From Actinomycetes bacterium (GTDB lineage: Bacteria > Actinomycetota > Actinomycetes > S36-B12 > UBA5976): a stretch of 47,402 nucleotides of DNA. Shown here in pieces: positions 20,082-28,975 of this stretch. The stretch spans positions 1 to 47,402 of the forward strand of contig JBJSWT010000093.1 of NCBI GenBank assembly GCA_046086025.1, given 5' to 3'. A program made the position numbers and the translations under genes. The number at the start of each line of letters is the position of its first letter. Position 1 is the stretch's first letter. The notes beneath the pieces were generated by a model. It worked only from the letters and a program-made list of their open reading frames with translations, searched no databases and was not told the origin of the DNA.

Positions 20082-20696
20082 TTAAGATTTACTTCTTGCA
20101 GTTTGCACAATTCGATAACTAATCCAGGCCGCAAATAAATAAAGAGGCCAACCCATAAATATTTTTATTGGACCTAATACTGCAATATTGTCTGCTAAAT
20201 AAAGTGGTACTTGCACACCTACTCTTATTGAAAAAACTCCCACCCAAATCCAAGTAATAGTTGTATAAGCCCTAACTAAAAGTTGATCCTGTAGCCAACC
20301 TGAAGTATTACCGACTAAGGAGCCAACCAAATACCCTAAAAGTGGTCTTCTAACTATTAATGAAATAAATAGAACAATTCCATAAACCAAATTTGTAATT
20401 ATGCCTGTTAAGAAAAAATTACTCGCATCATTAGTGCGCCAAGTTAAGAATACAGAAAAAAGTAAGCCAAAAAAACCACCGATTACTTGCGTAAGACTCT
20501 TTTTTTCAAAAAGTCTAATTACAAATAAAATAACGCCTGCCACTACTGAAGTAATAAGCGCTAAGTTTAAATCTTTTTGAACCACAAAAATTAAAACAAA
20601 TAATAAAGACGGTAAAGCAGAATCAACTAAGCCTCTCCATCCCCCAAGGGCTTTATCTAACAGTTCTTTTTCACCAAGTGAATCTTTATTTTCCAA
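20082..20696 (-). CDS. DUF3159 domain-containing membrane protein (Rv2693c-like)
   Basis: 204-aa multi-pass membrane protein in the conserved actinobacterial position between trkA and the OB-fold/dut genes. Confidence 0.65.
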   Translation of the reverse strand: MENKDSLGEKELLDKALGGWRGLVDSALPSLLFVLIFVVQKDLNLALITSVVAGVILFVIRLFEKKSLTQVIGGFFGLLFSVFLTWRTNDASNFFLTGIITNLVYGIVLFISLIVRRPLLGYLVGSLVGNTSGWLQDQLLVRAYTTITWIWVGVFSIRVGVQVPLYLADNIAVLGPIKIFMGWPLYLFAAWISYRIVQTARSKS

Positions 20697-20697
20697 G

Positions 20698-21066
20698 TTA
20701 ATCCTTTTCGTTATTTAAGATTTTATAGATGGGATTATGTAAACAAGGTTTACCATTTAAAAATGTAATTCTACCCTCAACTTCAATTTGAGTTCCTGGT
20801 TCAACTCCAACAACCTTTCTTCTGCCCTGCCAAATAACTGTCAGATTCCCACTTCCGTCAAAAACTTCAACTTCATACGATGGATTTTGGGTACTTGGTT
20901 GGACTATCGCACTTTTCACGACACCAGTTACTTGAATTAATTTGCCGCGTTCAATTTCATCAATAAGTGTAGAACCCCTATTTTCAGCTTGTTCAGAAAG
21001 TTCTTCTGCAGCCAGTTCCTCATTACTTACATAAAATTTTTTAAAAATTCCTTTAATAGATTTCAT
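20698..21066 (-). CDS. OB-fold nucleic-acid-binding domain protein (Rv2694c-like)
   Basis: 122 aa with a beta-rich C-terminal half (VTGVVKS...YEVEVFDGSGNLTVIWQGRR...EVEGRI). Conserved neighbour of dut and DUF3159. Overlaps dut by 4 nt. Confidence 0.6.
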   Translation of the reverse strand: MKSIKGIFKKFYVSNEELAAEELSEQAENRGSTLIDEIERGKLIQVTGVVKSAIVQPSTQNPSYEVEVFDGSGNLTVIWQGRRKVVGVEPGTQIEVEGRITFLNGKPCLHNPIYKILNNEKD

Positions 21067-21512
21067 TTTCCTGTTGATCCGTATCCACCGCTAGCTCGTT
21101 CTGAAGGTGGTAATTGTGAAACTGTCTTAAATATTGCGGTTTCAAACTTTTGAATAACTAATTGAGCTATACGATCTCCTACTTTCACAGAAAAACTTTC
21201 ATTTAAATCATGATTAATAAGTACTACTCCAATTTCTCCTCTATATCCAGAATCAATTGTTCCAGGTGAATTGACCACACTTATTCCATTTTTTAAAGCT
21301 AATCCAGATCTGGGATGAACTAAACCAACATAACCTTCAGGTAAAGCAATAGCGATTCCAGTTTTTACTAAAGCTCTTTCACTGGGCTTTAAAGTTTTTT
21401 CTTCAATCGCATAAAGATCTGCACCAGCATCACCTGGTTTTGCATACGTTGGAATTATGGCAGAGGGGTGAAGTTTTGTGACTAAAATTTCTAAACTTGA
21501 AGGTACTGACAC
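21063..21512 (-). CDS. dut: dUTP diphosphatase
   Basis: 149 aa. Motifs AGADLYA, PRSGLALK, NSPGTIDSGYRGEI and the C-terminal RASGGYGSTG are present. Confidence 0.95.
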   Translation of the reverse strand: MSVPSSLEILVTKLHPSAIIPTYAKPGDAGADLYAIEEKTLKPSERALVKTGIAIALPEGYVGLVHPRSGLALKNGISVVNSPGTIDSGYRGEIGVVLINHDLNESFSVKVGDRIAQLVIQKFETAIFKTVSQLPPSERASGGYGSTGK

Positions 21513-21546
21513 AGTTTCAAGAATACTTCTCTGGCAAAGTTAAAGT

Positions 21547-21990
21547 ATGAGCAACTTGCAATATCGTGAGAAATTACTACCACCTTTTTGGGCTTGGCTA
21601 TTTCTTCTAGGAATAAGTTTGATGCTTTCTGTATCAATGAGTGCGATTTTTGGATCAAATGTTGCGATAATAATTTTTGCCTTGACTACGTTAGTTTTAT
21701 GTTTTGTATCCTATAAATTCTCCCCTGAATTAAAAATTGATTCAGAGTTTTTTTATGCGGGTAAAGCAAAATTGCCCTTGAAGATCATCACCAAAATAGA
21801 AGACTTGAATTCATTAGAAACCACTCAACTACGAGGCATCAAAACAGACTTGAAAGCTTTTCATGCAATTTCACCTTTAATCGCAACTTCCATAAAAATT
21901 GAATTTGATGACCCAACAGATCCTCATAGTTATTGGCTTGTTTCTACCAGAAAAGGTCAAAAAATTAAGAATGTTTTACATCTTGATTGA
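21547..21990 (+). CDS. DUF3093 domain-containing membrane protein (Rv2698-like)
   Basis: 147 aa with two N-terminal TM helices followed by a soluble domain. Divergent from dut, as in other Actinobacteria. Confidence 0.55.
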   Translation: MSNLQYREKLLPPFWAWLFLLGISLMLSVSMSAIFGSNVAIIIFALTTLVLCFVSYKFSPELKIDSEFFYAGKAKLPLKIITKIEDLNSLETTQLRGIKTDLKAFHAISPLIATSIKIEFDDPTDPHSYWLVSTRKGQKIKNVLHLD

Positions 21991-22002
21991 TGCATTAGAA
22001 TA

Positions 22003-22251
22003 GTGATTATGAGAAGAAAAAAGAAAAAAAATTCCCTAGGAATTATATCTTCTATTTTGGTTCTCATCGTTACATTTTTTGCTAGGAAAATACTTGCTAA
22101 AAGCTACACCAAAATCATGGGGCAAAAACCGCCTAAACCAGGTGATAAAGATCAGCCCTTGGGTCAAGTATTAACTTGGACAGCAGTTAGCACAATTGCC
22201 ATGTCTTTAATTGAGAATTTGCTGCAAAAAAAACTAAAAAAGAAAAACTAA
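22003..22251 (+). CDS. DUF4235 domain-containing small membrane protein
   Basis: 82 aa. Basic N-terminus, TM helix, then the ...W.....G..PP... and ...W...VS....SLIENLL pattern resembling DUF4235. Assignment is from memory. Confidence 0.5.
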   Translation: MIMRRKKKKNSLGIISSILVLIVTFFARKILAKSYTKIMGQKPPKPGDKDQPLGQVLTWTAVSTIAMSLIENLLQKKLKKKN

Positions 22252-22544
22252 GCACACTCAATACAAACGGCTTTACCTTTTGTTTCTTTTGCGATTCTTG
22301 ATTTATGCATAACTAAGAAACATTTTGAACAGGTAAATTCATCTGCTTGTTTAGGTAGAACTCTTACGGTTAAAGATTCATCAGATAAATCTGCACCTGG
22401 AAGTTCAACAGAATCAGAAACATCGTTTTCATCCACTTCAACTTGTGGATTTGTTGCTTCTGCTCGTTGCGCTTTTAATTCTTCCAGCGAATCTTCGGCT
22501 AATTCTTCATCCGATTTTCGCGGTGCATCGTAATCTGTTGCCAC
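22248..22544 (-). CDS. DUF4193 domain-containing protein (Rv2699c-like)
   Basis: 98 aa. Starts MATDYDAPRK, has an acidic middle and a C-terminal zinc-ribbon-like CSKC...CIEC. Confidence 0.7.
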   Translation of the reverse strand: MATDYDAPRKSDEELAEDSLEELKAQRAEATNPQVEVDENDVSDSVELPGADLSDESLTVRVLPKQADEFTCSKCFLVMHKSRIAKETKGKAVCIECA

Positions 22545-22705
22545 TTTTTTTCTTCACCTCTTAAAAAATTATCTTTCGCGTGGATAATGCCCTATAACTG
22601 ACCAGTTGCGCGAGTCTTTCGCATGGTGAGTCTTGCCACACTAGTCACATAACCTAATGTGTCCACCAGGATATGTAATAGGACTACGGGAGGCAAATCT
22701 AATAC

Positions 22706-23224
22706 ATGCCTATCTATGAACTAAATGGAAGATCTCCTCAAATACATGAAAGCGCTTTTATCCATCCAGATGCTGTATTAATTGGCGATGTTCGAATTGG
22801 TGCCAATTCCAGTGTTTGGCCAAGTGCGGTGCTCAGAGGTGACTCAAGTTATATCCAAGTTGGTCAAGACACCTCTATTCAAGATGGATGCATTATTCAT
22901 TGCCAAACAGAATTTCCCACAATTATTGGTTCTCGATGCGTGGTTGGACATAACACTCATTTAGAAGGATGCGTCATAGAAGATAAATGTCTTATAGGTT
23001 CTGGATCAACCGTTTTAGAAAAAGTTTTAATTAAAAAAGGTGCACTAATTGCTGCACAGTCATTAGTACCACCCGGAAAAACTATTCCAGAAAATGCTTT
23101 AGCTCTTGGAGTACCTGTAAAAATAAAAGAAAACGCGGTAGAAGAAAACAGTTTTGAAGATGGAGTCAAACACTATTTAGAATTGACAAAACTATATAAA
23201 AATACTTTAAGAAAACTTAATTAA
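22706..23224 (+). CDS. gamma carbonic anhydrase family (left-handed beta-helix hexapeptide) protein
   Basis: 172 aa. Motifs AFIHPDAVLIGDV, VLRGD and repeated hexapeptide [LIV]G motifs are present. Confidence 0.85.
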   Translation: MPIYELNGRSPQIHESAFIHPDAVLIGDVRIGANSSVWPSAVLRGDSSYIQVGQDTSIQDGCIIHCQTEFPTIIGSRCVVGHNTHLEGCVIEDKCLIGSGSTVLEKVLIKKGALIAAQSLVPPGKTIPENALALGVPVKIKENAVEENSFEDGVKHYLELTKLYKNTLRKLN

Positions 23225-24035
23225 AGTATTTATCGTTTAATCTGCTAACTTCTTGATTTAAAACATCAAACAAATCTGAATTGGCAGCAAGTGCCCAATC
23301 TCCGCCAAGTTTTTCTCCATTTAATCCACCAACTCTTCCTCCTGCTTCAGTAACAATTAATGATCCTGCAGCAAAATCCCAAGGATAAAGTCCAAATTCA
23401 TAATAAGCATCTAGTCTTCCTGCTGCTACGTAACAAAAATCAATTGAAGCAGCACCTGCTCTTCTTGTATCGCGAGCAAGTACCACCATTTCTGCAAGCG
23501 CTCCACCTTGTTTTTTTCTTCTTTCTGGGTCATATCCAAAACCAGTAGCCACTAAGGCTTTGTCAAGTTTTGCACCAGAATTAGTTTTTAATTTAGTTTT
23601 TTTACCATCATGTTCAAGGTATGCGCCTTCATTTTTGACTGCATAATAAATTTCATGAAGAAGTGGGGCTGCTACTACTCCAACTTGGATTTCACCATCA
23701 ATTTCTATGCCAATTGATACTGCCCAATATGGATGATTATAAAAATAGTTAACTGTGCCATCTATTGGATCAATAATCCAACGCACATTTGATGGATTAC
23801 TGACCTGTTGTGCGGTTCCTTCTTCACCTAAAAATGAATCATTGGGTCTTACTTCTTGAACTCTTTTAACTATATGTTCTTCAGCTTTTTTGTCCATTTC
23901 TGTTACTAAATCAACAGGGGTTGATTTAGATTCATAAGTCATTTTGTCGGGTCTTTTATTAACTAAAAGATCACTTGTTGTTCTAGCAATATCTAGGGCT
24001 AATTTGAGCAAATTTTGATTTAACGACTCGGTCAC
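23217..24035 (-). CDS. suhB: inositol monophosphatase family protein (SuhB/ImpA-like)
   Basis: 272 aa. Motifs FLGEEG, WIIDPIDGTVNY and GAASIDFCYVAAGRLDAYYE are present. Its position relative to dut and sigA matches Rv2701c. Confidence 0.85.
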   Translation of the reverse strand: MTESLNQNLLKLALDIARTTSDLLVNKRPDKMTYESKSTPVDLVTEMDKKAEEHIVKRVQEVRPNDSFLGEEGTAQQVSNPSNVRWIIDPIDGTVNYFYNHPYWAVSIGIEIDGEIQVGVVAAPLLHEIYYAVKNEGAYLEHDGKKTKLKTNSGAKLDKALVATGFGYDPERRKKQGGALAEMVVLARDTRRAGAASIDFCYVAAGRLDAYYEFGLYPWDFAAGSLIVTEAGGRVGGLNGEKLGGDWALAANSDLFDVLNQEVSRLNDKYFN

Positions 24036-24080
24036 ACCACCTATCTTGTCCTAAACCATGAAACAAGTAGCGTTGAGGTC

Positions 24081-25283
24081 GTGCTTACTAAATACAAAAA
24101 TATATTGATCTTGCCCGGTGCGATTCAGTTTTCCTTAGCTGGTTTAATTGCAAGATTTCCTATATCTATGTATGGCTTGGGTTCTGTATTACTTGTCCAA
24201 TCTAGAACTGGCTCTTATTTCAAAGCTGGAGTAATTTCTGCAGCTTTTGCAATCGCTGCAGCAATAGGTGGTCCCATAACTTCAAGATTTGCTGATCGTT
24301 TGGGTCAGAATCGAATAATTCCTGTCCAATTAAGCGTTCACGTAAGTTTTTTACTTATAACAATTTTTCTTATAGTTCAAAATTTTAATTTCTTTTTAGT
24401 TCTTTTTACTGCCATCATTTCAGGTGCTTTAGTTCCAACCGTAGGTCCATATGTTCGAGCAAGATGGAAGAAGTCGGTCAAGAATTCCCAACAGCAAAAT
24501 ACTGCATTTGCTATGGAAAGTGTTTTAGATGAAATTATTTTTATTTTTGGACCACCATTGGTAACAATTTTATGTGTGGCTTTTTATGACGCATCGGGTT
24601 TACTAATAGCTGCACTTTTAGTGACACTTGGTGGAATTTGGCTAGCAAGTCAAAAAAATACCCAGCCAGAAATTCATAAATCTCATGAATCAAGAGGAAA
24701 ATCTGCAATTTTGTATCCAGGAGTTTTTTCAGTGTTTCTGGTTTATATTCTGTTAGGAGCTGTTTTTGGCGCTGCTGAAGTTATTGCTGTTGCATTTAGT
24801 CGCGAAAAAGAATCCCCTGAATTAGCAGGTGCGTTAATTGCTGCTTGGTCTTTTGGCTCATTGGTTGCTGGAATTGCCATGGGGGCAATTCATTTTAAAA
24901 ACAAACTTTCCCACAGGTTTTTGATCACCTCATTTATATTTGCAATTTCTTTATTACCTTTACCATTTATTTCCACCATGCCTAGCCTTTTTATAACTCT
25001 TTTAATTTCAGGTTTAGCTATTTCTCCAGTGTTAATTTCTGGATATACCTTGATTGGTCAATTAGTTCCACAGAATCGATTAACTGAAGGCTTTGCTTGG
25101 GCAAACACAGGTGCCGGTCTTGGTATAGCCGTTGCTGCGGCAATATCTGGTTGGGTTTTAGACAATGAAGGTGCTCAAACTGCTTTTTGGGTTGTAACAC
25201 TTGCGGGACTGTTATGTTTTGTGATTACTGTGACAACTTTTAAGGATTTGAAACGCGCAGACTCGCGCTCTGTAAATTCATAA
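24081..25283 (+). CDS. MFS transporter
   Basis: 400 aa with about 12 predicted TM helices and an MFS loop motif (SRFADRLGQNR). GTG start. Confidence 0.8.
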   Translation: MLTKYKNILILPGAIQFSLAGLIARFPISMYGLGSVLLVQSRTGSYFKAGVISAAFAIAAAIGGPITSRFADRLGQNRIIPVQLSVHVSFLLITIFLIVQNFNFFLVLFTAIISGALVPTVGPYVRARWKKSVKNSQQQNTAFAMESVLDEIIFIFGPPLVTILCVAFYDASGLLIAALLVTLGGIWLASQKNTQPEIHKSHESRGKSAILYPGVFSVFLVYILLGAVFGAAEVIAVAFSREKESPELAGALIAAWSFGSLVAGIAMGAIHFKNKLSHRFLITSFIFAISLLPLPFISTMPSLFITLLISGLAISPVLISGYTLIGQLVPQNRLTEGFAWANTGAGLGIAVAAAISGWVLDNEGAQTAFWVVTLAGLLCFVITVTTFKDLKRADSRSVNS

Positions 25284-25367
25284 TTAATTAGTGTTTTTCT
25301 CGTAGCGTTATTCCTACACAGGAAAAGTCCCAATTCACTCCTGTAACACAAGTTTTGGAGGTGTCGC

Positions 25368-26297
25368 ATGGCCAAAAAATTAACATTTGGTTCCCTTAGC
25401 GATGATGGTTCAAAATTTGTTTTGAAAGATGAAAATGGAAATGAATTTGCATTAGATCTTGATGAAAAAACTAGAGACGCTGCACGTAATTGGAAAAAAA
25501 GACCAAAAGCTTCTATTCATGATAAAGATCATGAATTAAGCGTTGCAGAAATTCAAGCAAGAATTCGTGCAGGAATTGCTGCCGAAGATTTAGCTTTAGT
25601 TAGCAGTATTCCTTTAGAAAGAATTAAAAGATTTGAACCACCTGTTTTACAAGAAAGATATTGGATTTCAAAAAGAGCAAGAGAAACTGAAATAAGAAGA
25701 GCACACGGCAGTGCTGAGTTTGATGAAATAGTTCAAACCAGAATTTTGCATGGTGGCGGAGATATTGAATCAACAAAATGGGATGCCTGGAGAAGAGAAG
25801 ATGGCAGATGGAATATTGCTTGCTCTTTTATTGGCAGAAAAGGTGAAACAGAAGCACATTGGGCATTTGATCCTGATGTAGCAACAATTGCGCCACTTGA
25901 TGACGTTGCAAGATGGCTACTGGATGTTTCACCAGAAATAAATCACACTCCAACTATCGAACATGTTGCACCTAAATTAGTAAGTGTTCCAAAAGTTGTA
26001 GAAGAAGTGAAAGAAGAAATTCCTAAATGGGTAACACCTGAAGGTGTAAAACAAGATGTTTCAAATACTGTTCCTATTCCAAAACAAGAACCAGTAGCTG
26101 AAGTTCAACCAATTGTAAGTAAACCAACACCTGTGGTTTCGCAACCAGAAATAAAACCTGAAATCAAAATTGAAGAAGTAGTCGAAGAAATTGTCGAACC
26201 AATTGCAGTAAATGACACACCTAAACATGCCAAAGGAAAAAGAGCATCTGTGCCAAGTTGGGATGAAATTCTCTTTGGATCAAAAGGTGGCCAATAA
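25368..26297 (+). CDS. sepH: DUF3071 domain protein, SepH-like septation factor
   Basis: 309 aa. The N-terminal region (LTFGSLSDDGSKFVLKDENGNEF...SVAEIQARIRAG...ERIKRFEPPVLQE) resembles DUF3071. A Pro/Glu/Val-rich linker leads to the conserved C-terminal RASVPSWDEILFG motif. Confidence 0.65.
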   Translation: MAKKLTFGSLSDDGSKFVLKDENGNEFALDLDEKTRDAARNWKKRPKASIHDKDHELSVAEIQARIRAGIAAEDLALVSSIPLERIKRFEPPVLQERYWISKRARETEIRRAHGSAEFDEIVQTRILHGGGDIESTKWDAWRREDGRWNIACSFIGRKGETEAHWAFDPDVATIAPLDDVARWLLDVSPEINHTPTIEHVAPKLVSVPKVVEEVKEEIPKWVTPEGVKQDVSNTVPIPKQEPVAEVQPIVSKPTPVVSQPEIKPEIKIEEVVEEIVEPIAVNDTPKHAKGKRASVPSWDEILFGSKGGQ

Positions 26298-26387
26298 GTC
26301 ATTGCCTCGGTGTGGCAGCACCAATTTTGAAATATAAAAAGGCATGATTAAAGCCGGTTACCAAATTATTCTTATTGAGGTTAAATA

Positions 26388-27941
26388 ATGGCGAGTAAAA
26401 AATCAAAAAATGATACTTTGCCTTTAAATCCGGAAAAGATTATTGACATTGATGTTTCACGCGAAATGCGTGGATCATTTTTGGAATACGCCTATTCAGT
26501 TATTTATTCACGTGCACTTCCAGATGCAAGAGATGGATTAAAGCCAGTACAACGAAGAATTCTTTATCAAATGAACGAAATGGGATTGCGTCCTGAGCGA
26601 GGACATGTAAAAAGTGCACGTGTTGTTGGTGAAGTAATGGGTCGATTACATCCACATGGTGATGGTGCAATTTATGACGCATTAGTTCGTATGGCACAAC
26701 CTTTTTCTTTAAGAATTCCTTTAATTGATGGTCAGGGAAATTTCGGTTCACTTGATGATGGACCAGCTGCAATGCGTTACACAGAATGTCGTTTGGCTCC
26801 AACTGCTCTTGGTTTAACTGCATCTATAGATGAAGATGTTGTTGAATTCAGATCAAACTACGATGGACGAGAAGTCGAACCAGAAGTTTTACCTGCAGCA
26901 TTTCCAAATCTTTTAGTAAATGGTGCAACTGGTATTGCTGTTGGTATGGCTACAAATATGCCGCCACATAACTTAGGTGAAATTGTTGAAGCTTTGCTAA
27001 CTCTTATTGAAAATCCAGAAATTAAACCTAGAGAACTAATGAAAATTGTTCCAGGGCCAGATCTTCCAAGTGGCGGAAAAATTTTAGTTGGAGATGGAAT
27101 TAAGGAAGCATATTTAACCGGTAAAGGCGCTTTCAGAATGAGAGCAAGCGTTCAAATAGAAAAAGTGAAAGCAAAAAAAGATGGTTTAATCATTACCGAA
27201 TTGCCATTCAATATTGGAGCAGAAAAAGTAATTGAAAGAATTAAAGACTTAATTGAAGGAAAAAAACTTCAAGGTATTTCTAGAGTTATTGACTTAACTG
27301 ATGGAGAAAAAGGTTTAAGGCTAGTAATTGAAATCAAAAATGGGCATGATGCTCAAAAAGTTTTGAGCGATTTATACAGACTTACTCCTATGGAAGAATC
27401 TTTTTCTATAAACAATGTTGCCTTAGTTGAAGGAAGACCCAGAACCTTAGGATTAAAAGATTTACTCGAAGTTTATTTAGAGCACAGAATTGATGTGGTC
27501 AAACGCAGAAGCAAATTCAGATTAGATAAAGCAACCGACAGATTACACCTTGTTGAAGGCTTATTACTTGCAATTGTTGATATTGATAAAGTAATTAAAT
27601 TAATTAGATCAAGTGAAGATGCCCAAGAAGCTAAAAGTGGATTAATGAAAACTTTTAAACTTTCAGATGCGCAGGCAACATATATTCTTGATATGCCTCT
27701 TCGTAGGTTAACCAAAACTTCAAAACTTGAGTTACAAACTGAACAAAAACAATTGAATCAAACAATTTCTGACTTAAAATCAATTTTGGCAAGTTCCAAG
27801 AAATTAAGAAATACAGTTGCTGAAGAGCTTTCAGCTGTTGCTAAATATTTCTCAACCCCTAGAAGAACTTCACTAGTTTCTGAAACAGGAAAAATTATTA
27901 GTGAAGCTACAAAAAAATCTGATGAATTAGTAGATGCTTGA
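26388..27941 (+). CDS. parC: type IIA DNA topoisomerase subunit A (ParC/GyrA-like), N-terminal breakage-reunion domain only
   Basis: 517 aa. Motifs [38 protein letters not shown], and the catalytic Tyr in [10 protein letters not shown] are present. It ends about 25 aa after FSTPRRTSL, where the beta-pinwheel CTD normally starts. Confidence 0.85.
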   Translation: MASKKSKNDTLPLNPEKIIDIDVSREMRGSFLEYAYSVIYSRALPDARDGLKPVQRRILYQMNEMGLRPERGHVKSARVVGEVMGRLHPHGDGAIYDALVRMAQPFSLRIPLIDGQGNFGSLDDGPAAMRYTECRLAPTALGLTASIDEDVVEFRSNYDGREVEPEVLPAAFPNLLVNGATGIAVGMATNMPPHNLGEIVEALLTLIENPEIKPRELMKIVPGPDLPSGGKILVGDGIKEAYLTGKGAFRMRASVQIEKVKAKKDGLIITELPFNIGAEKVIERIKDLIEGKKLQGISRVIDLTDGEKGLRLVIEIKNGHDAQKVLSDLYRLTPMEESFSINNVALVEGRPRTLGLKDLLEVYLEHRIDVVKRRSKFRLDKATDRLHLVEGLLLAIVDIDKVIKLIRSSEDAQEAKSGLMKTFKLSDAQATYILDMPLRRLTKTSKLELQTEQKQLNQTISDLKSILASSKKLRNTVAEELSAVAKYFSTPRRTSLVSETGKIISEATKKSDELVDA

Positions 27942-27994
27942 TTAAATTATTAAGCCCAAGTAGCAAAAAAATTAAGATATAGCAGAATAGAGTC

Positions 27995-28975
27995 ATGGCA
28001 AATCACAATTTTGATATTTTGATAATTGGTGCAGGACCTGCAGGTCTATATGGTGCCTACTATGCAGGATTTCGAGGCATGAGTGTTGCCATCATGGATA
28101 GTTTGGAAGAACCAGGTGGACAAATTACTGCCATGTATCCAGAAAAAGCGATTTTTGATGTGGGTGGTTTTCCCTCAATTAAAGGTAAAGATTTAATTGA
28201 AAGTCTTTTGAATCAAGCAAAACCATCTAATCCTAAATTTTTTCTAAATCAAACTGCTACAACTTTAGAAATTAATTCTGACAAATCAATAACTATAAGT
28301 TCTGAAAAAGAAACAATCAATGCAAAAGCTGTCATCATTACTGGTGGAATTGGAAAATTCACGCCACGTCCTCTGCCAGCTGCAGATGGTTGGGGTGGAA
28401 AAGGACTAGTTCATTTTGTGCCAAAACTTGATGAGCACAAAGGCAAAGATGTAGTTATCGTAGGTGGTGGCGATTCTGCATTTGATTGGGCAAATGAACT
28501 ATTTCCAATTGCAAAATCGATAACGCTTATTCATAGAAGAGATAAATTTAGAGCTCATCAAGCAACTGTTGATCAAGTTTCTAAATTGGGAGTCACTTTA
28601 GTTACCGAAGCAGAAGTTACTCAAGTTTTAGGCAATGGACAAATTGAAAAGATTGAATACAAAAATAGCAAAACAAATGAAACAAAAATGATTAATTGCC
28701 AAACTTTAGTTGCAGCTCTTGGTTTTACTGCAAACATTGGTCCATTAGCAAACTGGGGCTTAAATTTAGAAGCAAGAAAAATTGTTGTTGATTCTGGTAT
28801 GCATACAAATATTGAAAGAGTTTTTGCTGCTGGAGATATTTCAACTTATCCAGGAAAAGTTGCTTTAATCTCAGTTGGATTTGGTGAGGCAGCAACGGCT
28901 GTAAATAACGCAGCAGTTGCAATTAATCCCGAAGCTCACTTATTTCCTGGTCATTCTTCAGGAAGTGTTGAATAA
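27995..28975 (+). CDS. ferredoxin-NADP(+) reductase, thioredoxin-reductase-like (YumC type)
   Basis: 326 aa. FAD motif ILIIGAGPAGLYGAYYA, second dinucleotide motif VVIVGGGDSAFDWA, and C-terminal AGDISTYPGK are present. Confidence 0.85.
   Translation: MANHNFDILIIGAGPAGLYGAYYAGFRGMSVAIMDSLEEPGGQITAMYPEKAIFDVGGFPSIKGKDLIESLLNQAKPSNPKFFLNQTATTLEINSDKSITISSEKETINAKAVIITGGIGKFTPRPLPAADGWGGKGLVHFVPKLDEHKGKDVVIVGGGDSAFDWANELFPIAKSITLIHRRDKFRAHQATVDQVSKLGVTLVTEAEVTQVLGNGQIEKIEYKNSKTNETKMINCQTLVAALGFTANIGPLANWGLNLEARKIVVDSGMHTNIERVFAAGDISTYPGKVALISVGFGEAATAVNNAAVAINPEAHLFPGHSSGSVE

Noticed and set aside
22545-22705. 161-bp divergent spacer between DUF4193 and gamma-CA genes, examined for a structured RNA (duplicated GAGTCTT, CACAT...ATGTG inverted repeat)
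   Set aside because: Only 4-5-bp stems with long loops are present and I recognise no motif. It is most simply two back-to-back promoters.
26388-27941. Truncated parC considered as a decaying pseudogene
   Set aside because: The ORF is intact over the entire N-terminal domain with all catalytic motifs. It stops precisely at a domain boundary, and there is no downstream CTD remnant in any frame. It is treated as a functional CTD-less gene (see findings), although an assembly error cannot be excluded without reads.
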